Shown here in pieces: positions 23,541-36,547 of a DNA stretch of 64,000 nt. The notes beneath the pieces were generated by a model. It saw only the letters and a program-made list of their open reading frames with translations, ran no database searches and was not told the DNA's origin. Origin of the DNA: Lama glama (lineage: Eukaryota). Position 1 is the first letter of the stretch, and every line of letters begins with the position of its first letter. The position numbers were made by a program, and so were the translations under genes. Where the stretch lies: the NCBI GenBank assembly GCA_028534125.1, contig CM052818.1, positions 1 to 64,000 of the forward strand. The letters run 5' to 3'.

Positions 23541-24469
23541 CTGTACTCTTTGGGAAGGAGAAAGTAGTCAGTGAGCCAAATGACACCAGGAAAACTAACT
23601 ATGAATGAACTGCCCTGGCTGGATGATTCACTCTCTCCGCACACATTCTGTAACCCCGTGCCTGTTTACAGATGTATTCAGTGTCACGGTCAGGGAGGAA
23701 AAGGCCACTATGAAATACTGCCAGGAGGCGTCCCTCCAGTGCCATCCTAAATGTAAGGGCTATAATGTGTGGTCCCCTCATCCTGATGGCCATAGGGCTA
23801 AATATCCCCCAGACAGCTTGCCTGAGAAGAGCATGGGTGCGTGCTGAGGCTGGCATGGGAACACTGTGTGGTCTTGGGCCTTTCTGAGCCCCAGTTTCCT
23901 CATCTGCAAAGTGGAGCTCATGAGGTGGAATATGCAAAGACTTCAGTTCATGGTGGACCCTCAATACCAGTGTCCTAATCACATCACTCATAGTATCAAG
24001 TTTTCTATATAATAAGAATTCAGTGATTAAAGAAAATTCCAGGTGTCAGGAACAGCAAATGCACAATCTTCGGGACATGGGAAAGATGGGTTTGTTTCAA
24101 ATGGGATGCAGTCTTCTGGTCTAGAGGGCAGATTTCAGTGGAGAATGGCAGGAGGGAAGCTGGGCCAGTGGGCAGGGAGGGCTCAGCTAAAAGGGAAGTC
24201 ATCGAATCCCATCAGCACTCAAAAGCACAGCGCCTGGGCTGGAAGCTACACAGAGGACAGATTGGTGGGAAGTGAGGCCAGGGTCCTGGGAAAGACGCTG
24301 AGGGCCACTACTGGGCTTATGGCAGATGGACAGAGAAATAAAAATTAGTGAGAAAAGTATGAGATAACCCAAGCAGGACATGATAAACGACTGACTGTAA
24401 GGGGTAGGGACAGGGAAGTCTCCGTGACAGTGGTGCTCACCCTTGGCTTCTCTTTGAAAGAGTGGTTTT

Positions 24470-25230
24470 ACTGTAGAAAGAGCTTCTTCAAATTAATAAG
24501 AAAAAGAAATCAAAAACCCTTGGGTAAAGGATACAAACAGAGAGTTCACAGGAAAGGAACAAATGACTCTTTGATACATGAAAAGACGATTGTCATCACT
24601 CAGAATAGTGAAAATGCAAATTTAAAATATATTGACCTACAATTTTTCACCCATCAGTTTGGCAGAAATTAAATCATGATAACATACCTTGCCACGGGGA
24701 AAGAGGTACCCTTTCTTCCAGCACACTGTTGATGGGAGAACAGAGCCTTCTTCAGGTCAATTTGACCCTCTCCCTCACTTAAAAGTACACCTGCTCATTG
24801 ACCCTGATACCCCATTCTTCTTACAGATAAACCTGCACATGCCATGTAAGTTTATTCACTGGGGTGTAATTTGTCGTTGTAAGGGTGAGACCAACCTAAA
24901 TCGTATCATTTGTGGACTGGTTAGGTAAATTAAAGCACATTCATACAGTGGGATTACTTAGTCATCATATATTTAAAAAAACAGACTATTAATAAGGAAT
25001 GATCTGTAAGATACAGTTAAGTCAAAAACGTAAGATCTAGAGCAGTGTGCATACAAAGTTATCATCAGCGTATAAAAAGGAACCGAAAATAAGCTTAACC
25101 TGGGTAGTATAATCATAAACTTTCTTCTAAGTGGAGGACCTAGGTGACTGGGAGACAGGAGTAGGAGAGAGACTTTATTAGGTAGTGTTTTGTACCAAGT
25201 ACAAATATTACCTATTTACCAAAAAATGGA
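24470..25230 (+). mobile_element. Ancient L1M(E)-type fragment
   Basis: Degenerate ORF2-end motifs (aaacagagagttcacagg..., aaatgcaaatttaaa, cacactgttgatgggag). Confidence 0.6.
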
Positions 25231-28117
25231 ATTAAATTAAGAAAAGAACCTACTAATTTAAAGGCAACACAATAGAGTGGAAAGAACTTAGGGTTAGACA
25301 CCTGAAGCCACCAAAAATGAAGTTTTAAGTTAAAAAAAATGATGCCCAGGCCACACACCAGTCCAGTTACATCAGAATCTTAGGTGAGAGGAAAGTGGGG
25401 AGCAGAGAACTCAAACTATTTTTTGAAGCTTCCCAGTGGTTCCCGTGTGCACTCAATGGTAAAAACCACAGTGGTAGCTACTCTCAGTGTTTTGGCCTTA
25501 GTGCTTGGAGGATCAGCTGAGCCCCTGTCAGTCTCAGCATCTAAATCTGACTTTTCCACCCACTAAGCACCAGCTTGATCCCTATGTACTTCTCTGATCT
25601 GTTCCTGGCACAGAAGCGTTTGGTCCTTATCTTTGTAAGCTGCTCATCCCTGCCCTCTAGGCAGCAGGAACTCATTGATCTTCTTATGAACTTGACAAAA
25701 ACCCAAGTAAAGTTCCTAACCTCTTGTCACTTCTATGACAGGCAATGTATTATTTTTAATTAAGAAGGCAATTGTCCCAGCAGGAGTGAGTAAGGACCAT
25801 ACCTCTTTCTGTGCCACTCTCTCCCAGTGACTTCGGATGATTACAAGTGCAAGAAACAGAACACTCTGGCTCCGGCAATAAAGATACTTGTTTTCAAATA
25901 AAAAGCTGCCTGGTGGTGGGCTGGGCTCCAGGCTGGGTAACTCAGGACTCTGCACCCACTTCTCTGAGAATTTCTTCACCCTGACTCACTCCCTGAATGG
26001 GTTTCCTCTTCATGCTGGTAGCAAGGTAGCAGCAACATGTCCAGATTTCATCCACAAACTGCAAGATACAGAGAAAGATGAAGGAATGGTCTCCTCCTGA
26101 GTCTCTTTCTTCTCAGGAAAAAAAAAAATATCCTGAAACTCCTAGCTCCCTTAATCTCATTAGTCAAATTGCCACATACCCATTCTAAACCCAGCTATCT
26201 TGAAAAAAGAATAAGATTATCACTGGTGGGTTACACCAGTGGTTCTCTAGCGGGGAGTGATTTCTTTTCAGGACAAGAAGGGATGTGGTAGTCAACCAAC
26301 AGTGTCGCCTACATTACTGCTTCAAAGATCCTGGGGTCCAGCATCTGCCTCCAGCAGAGGAATCCTGACAGGGAATTTATAGATCGATGGCCTAATCACA
26401 ACAGATGACATGGATCTACATTCCCAGAACCCAGTGAGGCTAACATTCATGAGGTCAACATCTGTGAATTAATACTTAACGTTTCTGCAGAACTAGAAGG
26501 CTGGCACTCCAAATGGCCACAGAACACTTGCTCATTGGTCAATTCAAGAACATTAAAACTTTGTTTCAGTCTTATCAGAGAGGACAGTGTGATGTCACTC
26601 TTGGTAGGATTTTTAACCACCAGGGAAAATGTGGGGTTGGCTGCTCCCACTTGCAACACGGGTTGGTGTCTCAAGGAGACATGGGAGTTCAGGGAGTCAA
26701 GATTAAAGTATCAGCTAAAACATCCAGAACAATACATCCCCGTTCTTTGGTTTTTAGCTGAGACAGTTATTTATCCAATATCTCTTTGGCCTGAAAACAT
26801 TAATTACAAAGACCAACATTTTAGGACAAAGAGCAGGGTTGACATGTCATCCTAGGAACTGTGTATGTCTGTGTAGATTTCTGATTACAAAGTCTCTGGA
26901 AATATCTTGAGAACTAACTCATGTCCACAGAGCAGGCCCAAACTTCCAGCGTCATCAGGTCTCAGCCACCCCCAGTGAAAGGCAGCTGGTTTCCATGCCA
27001 ACATGGCTTTGTCCCTGAGTTCTGTTCTAAAACAAAGTTTTGTTAAACTTAAAACTTAATTCACCCCGTGGCTCACATCCCTATAAGTTATAGTTACTAT
27101 CTGTTGTAATCATTAGTTCTAGCCACCAAATATTCCTAGTTCTCCAAGTTCATGGTAGGATTTTATAACCCGGTTCCTTTGAATTTAGATGTGGTCACGT
27201 GACTTGCTTTGGTCAATGAAAATGCCAGCAAGGAGACACAAAAAATTGAGCATTGGCTATCGTGGAAGGACAGAGACAGCCTCTGTCAACCTGGATCGCT
27301 AAGTGAAGATGACATGGAGCAGAGTCCCCATCAACCTATAATGTTGGGGCTGTTTGTTACAGCAGTATAACCTACTTTATCCTAACTGATACAGTTCCCA
27401 AAATCTTGGCTCCCCTTCAGTCATTCATTTCCTCCTACATCTTCTCCCTGTATTGCCTCAAGCTTGCTCTCCTCTGTCTGATTTCCTAACTCACTTTTCT
27501 TCTCCCCAAATCTACAGCATGCCTTCTGGAGCCCCAGTTTTGTGCCAGAGAAATTCTCCTAGATCCTTAGCTTCTCCACAAAATGTGTCCTTTACCTCTG
27601 GGTCTTACCTGCACCCTGGCTCTCCTCTAAAGTCTTCTCATCTCACACACCTCAGAACTGAGGGTTGGGAGGTGAGATTGGTACTCCCAATGCCAGTGCT
27701 GGTTCTGTCCTTGAGCACAAGTTCCACTCCTTTAAGATTCATGGCCTCCAACTGATCACCCCAGGGCTTTCCTCATTTTACTGACATCCTGCTCAGATGT
27801 CTTGGGCACCTGGATCATAGGCTCCCTGTCTTCTCCAAGTCTTGCAGAATCCTGGGAGACTGCAGTGGTCCTGTGGACAACTACCTAACACCCTGGTCTC
27901 ATAGCTTCTGCACCTGTCCAAATCCATCCACCTCCACCCTCTTTGTATTCTGGCCAGTCTGTCTGAGGCTACATCCTAAACCTTGTCACCACTCAGAACT
28001 GTTTCCCTCATGCAGTCAAAGCTGTGTGTGACCACCATGGAGGAACAATGAAATGCCTCAGGAGACAGAGCTGCACTGGATCCTAGACAATCTTCCTCTT
28101 CCCAAACTATGTCCTAG

Positions 28118-28275
28118 AGCAGAGGCTGTCAAATTTTAATGATTCTTTCTAATCACCTGGGAATCTTGTTAAAAGGCAGACTCTGATTAAGCAGATCTGG
28201 ATTGAGACCTGAGATTCTGTACATCTAACAGTCTCCCAGGTGACAGCCGTGCTGCCGGACCATGGACTTTCCTTT
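28118..28275. mobile_element. MER5A-like hAT element
   Basis: aatcacctgggaatcttgttaaaaggcagactctgatt...catctaacagtctcccaggtga; similar copies near 25310-25470, 41325-41490, 54600-54730 and 62855-62970. Confidence 0.7.
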
Positions 28276-29129
28276 AAGTCACGAGGAACAAAGTGACCAT
28301 GGGACCTGGCTGCCCTGTGCTTTCTAGTCTTTCTATGAGAAGAGCTCACCACTGCCTCTTGGACTTCTAATCAATCCCTGTGTAACCTACCCAACAAGTG
28401 GAGACCTGTCTCAAGAAATCCAGTAAACTGTGGGTTCTGCCTGGAGTTTGGGATTTTGACTTTTAAGTTTTTAAAGAATCTCAGACGTAAATGATTCACT
28501 CTTCTTCAATGCATAACACACTCTCATCAGCCTATGAAAGGTCCTTCCTCTTGTAGTTTATTTCTTTTCATTTTCATTTTTTAAAAACTCTTCCACCCTG
28601 ATACCTGTTGCTTTTCCCTCCCCGGCCCTTGTCATAGGCCAGCATGCTACAGTCTGTTCAATATAGGTCCTTAAATATGCACTCATTCAACCTTGTAAAA
28701 TTAACTGTGTATACTTATGTTTTTAAATTATGTAAATGATGTGCAATTTACAAGGAAAAAAACAGAAGACATTCATATGAGGTCTTGAGGGCTTCATGTC
28801 CCCATTATTTATATGGAAAAGAATGCACTCCTCATTATTTGAAACAGCCCCCGGAGAGTCTCTATTTCTTGCCACTAAAATTATGTAAGGAACACATTAC
28901 CTCATGTGATCATTGTGAGCTTAACTGAGAGAGGGATGTGGTGTCTAGATGTCCTCAGTCCATTGCTCCATAAGTGTCAGAAGCTCTTCTATTGTAGTTG
29001 GCAAAGTGCAGGATGGTGAGTGACTTAGGTCAGGATTGAGAATTCAGTCTCCATGTGGCCCAGGTAGCTATGCTAGATACCAACAGCATCCCTAACACTA
29101 ACCTAAAGTAGTGCTGTAACCTCTTTGAC

Positions 29130-30230
29130 ATTATGATAGAAGTTTAAATCAGGACGAGATAGAGCAAAAAGCCCAGAAACAGAACCAGAGACACACAGGG
29201 GTTTAGTATATGCTAAAGGGTGGTTTTCCAAGCCAGTGAGGAAAAGATGGATTAACTAATAAAAAGTGTTGAAATATTAGGGTGACCATCAGTAAAGAAA
29301 AATTAATTTGGATTCTTATCTTATTGCTTACAGCAAAATAAATTCAAGACAAAGCAAATATTTATATGTTAAAAAATTAATTATTAGAAAAAGTCATGGG
29401 AAAAGTTTTGCAATAACCTCCAATTAAAGTTTGTCTAAGCACTATACAAAAACCCAGATGCCTTAAAAGAAAGATGAATTTAGCTACATTAAATTTTTTT
29501 AATTCCTGAAGACAAACCTATCATAAATACACTTCCTTAAAATATAAATAACTTATACAAATCAATAAGAAAAAAACACTGTCTCATTTGAAAAAGTGGA
29601 CAATATGGAGAGTTCACAGAAAAGAAAGTATAAATGCTCTAAACATACAAGAATATGCTTGAAATCACTTGTGATTTAAAAATGCAAATTAGAATAATAA
29701 TGACAATGCATTTTTCAGCTTATAGATTGACAATTTTGAACGATTTTAGAAACTACTAACAAAGGTTTATGGAAACAGGCAGTCTTGTAAATGACTCAAG
29801 GGGGCAATTTAACAACCTGTCAAATTTAAAATGGACGTATCTTTTGACTTTCAGAATGTATTCACAAATATACTTGAATATGTGTGAAATTACATGTCAT
29901 TTTATTAATGCCAGTTATGGTTTGTCTAAATAATGGATTACTATATGCAGCTATAAAGAGTTGTAAATCTTTTGGACTATTGATGCAGAACATACTGTTT
30001 AGAGGACAGAGAAAGCTGGACAACAACGTAGAAGTTGGGAGGAGGGGAAAGCAAGTGCAAATATATGCATATTTGTAAGCACGGAGATCTCCAGCAGGTT
30101 ATGCAAGAAGCTTACGAAGAGGATGTGGGGACAGTGTGGGCAGAGGAGGGAGGCAACATTTTGTGTTATCCTTTTCCAGCCCGATGAATTTTACAGTATG
30201 TGCAATCATCACAAAATGTAATAAAAATGT
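29130..30230 (+). mobile_element. Ancient L1M(E)-type fragment
   Basis: A-rich degenerate L1 ORF2 3' motifs (agcccagaaacagaacca, ggaaaagatggattaactaataaa, aaaaatgcaaattagaa). Confidence 0.6.
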
Positions 30231-31109
30231 AATAATAAATACATGTAGCAAATGCTACCAGTTTTTCCAGCAGAAACTTTTGACACCTATTGAGTTATGG
30301 TTCTAATTGCTATTGACAAACCAAAAAGGAAGTTTAGAAAGGAAGTAGAAAGAGACTCTAGGGAGGACCTGTTTTTATTCTGGGGTTGGTTTTTCTAGGC
30401 ATCTGGTGATGAAGTAATGCCTGTTTTCTCAAACCACAAGATTATGAGGAATGGCTATAGTGTAGTCTCAAAGAGTGGGTGGCGGGTGGCAAAGATCCAT
30501 CACTCACTGATCCATGAGAGCCAGTGCTGGTCGGTGGGGCTGGCAGGCAGTAGGGGCTCACTAGGGGCAAACTGAGAGAGAAAGACCGAAGCACTGGGGC
30601 TGTTGATTCAACAGTCAGGGCCCAAGGCCAGGGCCAGAATGCCTGAAACCCCTCTGGAACACAGGGATCAAAAAAAAAAAAAAAGTGCAAAGAGTCAGCC
30701 TCTGGGCATGAAGAAAAATAAACAAGCAGCCGAGGCAGAACGTAGCAGCTTGAAAGAACAAAGAATATCAGGGTAGGGAATGAGGTGTGAGAGGCGGGAG
30801 GAAGGCAGAGGTTCACTATGGCTGAGGCAGAGAATACTCATCTCTCTTCATTTTGTGTCGGAGGCATCATCTCAAGAGATAAGGTCGAGCACTGTGCAGC
30901 CTGAGTTCACATTCAGGGTAATAATGGTGCGTTAATGTTTAACCCCACTTAGAGGATAATCAGCACACAGTTCTGAGAGCTTTGACAGATGGGACTCTCA
31001 GGGAAGCGCCCAGCGTGATGCTCCCCGGGGCTTCAAGTTTTCTCTGTATTGGTACCATCCATCCATCATTACTCAGCCTGTCAGACTCGGTTCCCTTTGC
31101 CCTGAAGGC

Positions 31110-32150
31110 TTTCATTCATTCATTCCTTTCTTCATTCATTGATTTAACAGGAATTTACTGAGTAGCTATTATACCAAGCACTGTGTTAAGCCCGGAGACA
31201 AAGCAGTTAACATGACAAATACGATTTCTACCTTCAGGGAGCTTACAATCTAGAGAAAATACAGACAGTTAAAAACTAAAAACACAAATAAATATATAAT
31301 CCAAATTATGCCACATGCTATGAGGGAAGAATGTGATGCCCTGAGAGCCAGAAGCTGTAGCCTATTTGGGATTGTGTGGTCAGGAAAGAGGGCAGCCAGG
31401 ATGCTCAAGTGGACACTGCACAATGCGCACGGCATCCCCAGATGCCAGCCAGACAGAGCGGGCCCAAAAAGCCTCCCAGGAGAGGGACCAGCATGCTCAA
31501 AGCCCCCAGAGTGAGAAACATTTGGGCAAGGACAAGTCACTAGGGGCAGCATGGAGGAAGGGGTGTGAGATGAGGCAGATTCATGGAGCATTTAGAGGGC
31601 TATGACGGGACGGTGGGATTTTTATTCTAAGTTCTAAATAGTACTAAGTAGGGGAGTGACCCGGTTCAATGTATAAATATTTTTATAAGCCCCTCTGGCT
31701 ACTGTTTGGAGCATGAATTGGAAGAGAGCAGAAGAAGGAGTTGGTAACCAGTTAGGAGGCCACTGCGTCAATCAGACAAAAGACAGAGGATGCAGCAAAG
31801 AATGATGGTAGCAGAGAGAAAGGAACGTGCAGAGTCAAGACACATTTGGAGATAGAATTCACAGCACTTTCTGGTAGATTGGATGTAAAAGGTGAAGAAT
31901 GACTCCAAGTTTCTGGCTTAAGCAAACAAGTAGTACCTTTTATTGAGGAGAATATGGGGAAGAATGGCTTTAAGTAGGTAGATCCAGAGAGCCCTGCTGG
32001 ACAAGCTAACCTGAAACATTTGCAATAATCTAAGTGGCGATGACAAGTAGACAGCTGGTTCTAAGAGCTGTTTTTTTTTTCATATCAGAGATCTGACTGG
32101 AGATAAAACATGGGAATTGTCAGCATAACGTTGTATTTCAAGTCATGGGA
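31110..32150 (-). mobile_element. L2 LINE 3' part
   Basis: (ttca)n tail, atttactgagtagctatt...gcactgtgttaag...agggagcttacaatctag, then purine-rich body. Confidence 0.75.
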
Positions 32151-32198
32151 TACCAGTCAAACAGGATCCACTCAGTTTACTAATCCAGTAATAGAACA

Positions 32199-32262
32199 CC
32201 GTGTCAAGAGACCTTTTAATGGGAAATTTCCGTGTCAAGAGACCTTTTAATGGGAAATTTCC
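32199..32262. repeat. Perfect 31-bp tandem duplication
   Basis: ccgtgtcaagagaccttttaatgggaaattt at 32199-32229 and 32230-32260. Confidence 0.95.
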
Positions 32263-32566
32263 TTAAGATGGGAAGGAATGATGATTAAGGTTATAACCTG
32301 AAATAAAATTCTATCTACTTTACTAGAAAAAAAATAAAATAGAAAATAAAGTCATGGGAAAGGAAGACTCCCTAGTGAGGGAGTGTGGGCAGAGAAGCTT
32401 TAAAAGTTTCTAATGTGTTTGAAATTTTTCAGTCTCCCATACATTGCTGGCCATGTCGCATAAACTTCTGGAGCATCTGGGAGCGAGTCTCCACCTTTGT
32501 ATTTAGCAGGACAGACAGTGAAACTGGCTTCTTTTCTTACCAACAGATGTTTGACCGACTTGGTAT

Positions 32567-33464
32567 GTATGTATGTATGTTTTTTTAACTTTTTAAAAAT
32601 TTTCTTATCTGTACCAAAGGCAAAGGCGTGTCCTAGCTTCATTAAAGGGCCCGCGCCACAGTCAATATAAAAACACAAAAAATCCCTCCAGTTTAATAAT
32701 AAAAAACCCCAAAAGTGGAAAACCGAGGGGACAGGGAAGAGGGCCCTGGGCCAGGGGCAGGGGGAGCCCTGCTCATGGCACCGGGCCTGGCTGTATTGCT
32801 GTTGCTACGAGGTCGGGGGCGGCGACTGTCCTGTGGGAGCCACCGTTGTTCAGCTGGGTGGAGGGCCCTTACTTCTTCTGGGGTGAGCTCAGCTTCTGCA
32901 TGCCCCGGACCTTGTCCAGCAGGCCAGAGATGAAGGCCTCAGTGGGTTTATAACAGTCAACCGGCAGCTCCTTGACCCTGGCAGCCCGAGTACCATCGCC
33001 CGCCATGTCCAGGAGTTCGTCCATATCAATCTCCAGCTCTGGGGTCGCACTTGACCGGGACCTTCCCCCGGCGCCTCACTGGGCCCTCGTCGTCCTCGCC
33101 GCCCGGGCGCTCGCCTACAGCCCCAGGGGGGCTCCGAAAGTAGACGCGGGGCCCGGGGGCCGGGGCTGCCAACGCCGCACCCGACAGGGGGCCGCTGTCC
33201 GCCTAGGCGGCCGCGGGGCCACGCGCGCGCGTCGAGCCCCTCCCTGCGCCGCCGCCTGCGGGACGCCCGCCGGCTGGCACCCGGCCGGGCTCCGGCGGCG
33301 GCGAGCTGTGCGCTCCGCGCGGCTCCGCGGGAGGCCGGCGGCCGCGGCGGGGGCGCCCGGGGGCAGCTGCTGCACGCGGAGCCCCAGGGCCCCGGCCTGG
33401 CCGCACCCCGCCCCTCCCCGCCGACCCGCCGGCCCTTTGTTCCCCACGGCCGCCGCCCGAGCCC
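32567..33464 (-). pseudogene. PPP1R14B: Processed pseudogene of protein phosphatase 1 regulatory inhibitor subunit 14B (PHI-1)
   Basis: Minus strand reads *ADSGPLSGAALAAPAPGPRVYFRSPPGAVGERPGGEDDEGPVRRRGKVPVKCD / PELEIDMDELLDMAGDGTRAARVKELPVDCYKPTEAFISGLLDKVRGMQKLSSPQKK* (33205-32869). Intronless; start codon reads TAG; frameshifting deletion at ~33043; A-rich tail; TSD accgacttggtat at 32554-32566 and 33465-33477. Confidence 0.93.
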
Positions 33465-34782
33465 ACCGACTTGGTATTTATGATGTCCTGGGCTGCAGTC
33501 TCAGCTCGTTCGCTCGCTGGCTCTCTCTCGCTCTCATGTGAAAATCCTTGATTTATTCTCTACTTCTTTACCTGATTCTGGGTCTATTCACACTTCGATT
33601 AAAAGGCCTTTTAATCAGTAAGGGCCTAATAATGCTTTTCTTTAAGATTTAAAAGGTGGATCAGGAACAGAGATGAGGACACAAGAGAATGTGAGGGCAT
33701 GAAGGATCTATTTATTCTTCTTAAGTCTTCAGTTTGTCTGGGTTCCGATGGATCCAGGGCTTGGGTAACCAGCTGGCCTCAAAGAGAACTCAAACCTGCT
33801 AGCTTTGCGTACCGGGGGGTCTGCCAGTGTCTCTCAGTGGATCTGACATTTATATTCAATAGAGAGGATTTGGTTGGGCTTGTTTGGCCCATCCAGTATA
33901 GGTCTCTTCCACTAAGCTAAGTTTTTCTTCAAACCATCTCACAATGAATTGAGCTCCATAATGTCCAATCTATACGTAGTTGCCTTTGGGATAGATAATG
34001 CTCCTTGATTCAGTCAGCCATCGTACCGGAAACAAGGTGAGTTTCATTCAACGTACAGGCGACCGCAGCAAGATGCAGCTTCCACTCCAGCCCTCTAGTC
34101 TCAGAAAGGGCTGAGGACTGGCTTGACGGAACTGCAGTTCCTAGTCCCATCTTCAGGGCTGTTGCTAATAACTCATCTGCATCTGAAGATGCCAGAGTGT
34201 GAATCTCCATTCCACTGAGATTTTAAGATGACCAGACTGGTGGCATATAGAAGGATGTTCACAATGTGGAAACTTAATCTCTTCAACTGCCTCAGAAAAA
34301 TCTTCCATCGGGGTGTACTGCTCCTCTGTTTTACAACTCCTATCTGCAAAGCTTTATATGTATTTTATTTCTCTCAAACTTGAGAAAATTCTTTAGGGAC
34401 GTTTCTCAACATTCCTTATACATCTCTTAGGTTCAACATTTGGGTCCAAGTAAATAAAACTGATTCAGTTTCACACAATTTCAAGCTGACAAAGAACCTG
34501 AGAGCTTTGAGGTAAAACACTCAAAGTAGCTTGAAGACCTGATCAGTGAAAGTTCATTAAACTAACCATTATAGACAAGTTGAACTTCCCTTTAGGTGAG
34601 AACTTCAGATCCATAGTGGTCAGATCTTTGAGACATTTTTTAAAATGCCAGTGTAATAGAAGGTTTCACATTTTAGGTCAACTGGAAAAGTCACCTGTGT
34701 ATTATAGTTCTGATGGAAGAAAGAAACAGGGAGCAAAGGAAATTAATCACCCACCTAGCTGATCACTATCAGAGCTTTTTCA

Positions 34783-36040
34783 CGTTAGGAGACGATTCTC
34801 CACAGTTCTCAGGCATTTCTGCATATCTTGGGATCAGAGCTCTACCTGCCTTTATTCCAGACTATCTTTTTCAAGGCTGTCTGTATAGGAAACAGCCTTG
34901 GAAGGCAGAGATAGTGTCTTCCTCCACAGCGTGGGACAAGTTTGTTTCCTCTCCAGTATAATACAGATAGTGTCTCCCTAAAGGGGACCCTCGTACACTG
35001 TTGGTGGGAATGTAAATTGGTGCAGCCACTATGGAAAACAGTACGGAGGTTCCTCAAAAATCTAAAACTAGAGTTACCGTACAACCCAGAAATCCCACTT
35101 CTGGATATATATCCAGAAAAAAACAAAACTCTAATTTGAAAAGATAGGTACACCCCCATGTTTATAGCAGCACTATTTACAATAGCCAAGACATGGAAAC
35201 AACCCAAGTGTTCATCAAGATGATTGGCTTAAGAAGATGTGTGTGTGGTGTGTATACAATAGAATATTACTCAGCCATAAAAAAGAATGAAATATTGTCA
35301 TTTGCAGCAACATGAATGGACCTAGAGAATTTTATACTTGTGAAGCAAGTCAGACAGAGAAAGACAAAACCTATATAATATCACTTATATGTGAGATCTA
35401 AAAATAATACAAATGAATCTATATACAAAACAGAAACAGACTCACAGACATAGAAAACAAACTTATGATTCCCAAAGGGGAAAGGGAAGGAGGGAGGGAC
35501 AAAAAAGGGATATGGATTAACAGATAACAAACTACTACGTATAAAATAGATAAACAACAAGGATATATTGTGCAGCACAGGGAATTATATTCAATATCTT
35601 GTAATAACCTATAATGGAATATAATCTGAAAATAAATAACTGAATCACTTTGCTGTACTCCTGAAACTAACATGGTATTGTAAATAAACTATACTTTGAT
35701 TTAAAAAAATTTTTTTAAAAGATAGTGTCTCCCTTCAGGACAAAGTTCAGGTAGGCTTACTATCCACTATAAAAGATATGGGTTCCTTAAACTTGGGGTT
35801 CCTCTCTTGTAATGTCACCCACTACCTGTGCAGGCATTACTTGGCTCCTTCATGTCACCCTGTGGAAATGGTTTTGATGAACTAATGCAAAAATGATGTT
35901 AGCCTGGTTATGGCTACTGCTGTGAGTGATAAACTGTCCTTTGTCTCGGCCCAGGAGTCTCGTGTCTTCTGCCAGCATCCACAAGGCAGTCTTGTTAGCT
36001 TTCAAGTCGGATGAAATCTCAAACCCTTCACAATTCTTAA
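34783..36040 (+). mobile_element. ERV solo LTR (MER39-like; family uncertain), split by an L1
   Basis: LTR-like sequence with tataaaag and poly(A)-signal-like gataaa; the two halves join once the L1 and one TSD copy are removed. Confidence 0.6.
34980..35719 (+). mobile_element. 5'-truncated L1 (ORF2 end and 3' UTR)
   Basis: Translates to [40 protein letters not shown]; perfect 15-bp TSD agatagtgtctccct at 34965-34979 and 35720-35734. Confidence 0.92.
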
Positions 36041-36500
36041 CTGGTGGGCACCTGTATAGGTAATTTTAGCACAAGACCTAACAACAGTGTTAGCAATATC
36101 AAGAACCAAGTTAAGTCCTTCAGATAAAATTCCCTTGACAGCCCAGATGGAGTTATTTTATTCTTCAGATTGTCAGACTGCATGAACAAATATATAGTAC
36201 CACATTTGACCTGAGACTCTAAATTCAAAAGCTTCTTTCAGAAGTTCTTCCATAAAGTCCTGGCACTGAACAAAGTTTGGGGGAACAGGAAGTAATGATC
36301 ATCTGTAACAGTGGCCACGCATTTGGACCACACGTTTTTAAGTTCTCCTCCCAGAGGGCAGCCAAGAACCTCACCCCACCACCACACCAAGAGCTCTCCT
36401 TCCTCCCTCCTGACTGAAGCTCGACTCTTGCCTCCCCTTCCTAAATCCTTCAAATCCACTTGCTCCTTTCACCTCTACTGCTTCCTCCATAATCCACACC

Positions 36501-36547
36501 ATCATCATCTCTTTCTTTCTTTTTTTTTTTAATCATCATCTCTTTCT
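36501..36547 (-). mobile_element. Poly(A)-only retroinsertion with 16-bp TSD
   Basis: atcatcatctctttct at 36501-36516 and 36532-36547 flank only a T-run. Confidence 0.75.

Noticed and set aside
33500..33540. CpG-containing (GAGC/GA)-like stretch next to the retrocopy, considered as extra 5' UTR or promoter
   Set aside because: It lies outside the TSD and looks like a degenerate simple repeat; I cannot support a function.
32972..33541. 189-aa plus-strand ORF and the 110/87-aa minus-strand ORFs
   Set aside because: Antisense or 5'-UTR frames of the GC-rich PPP1R14B retrocopy, not independent genes.
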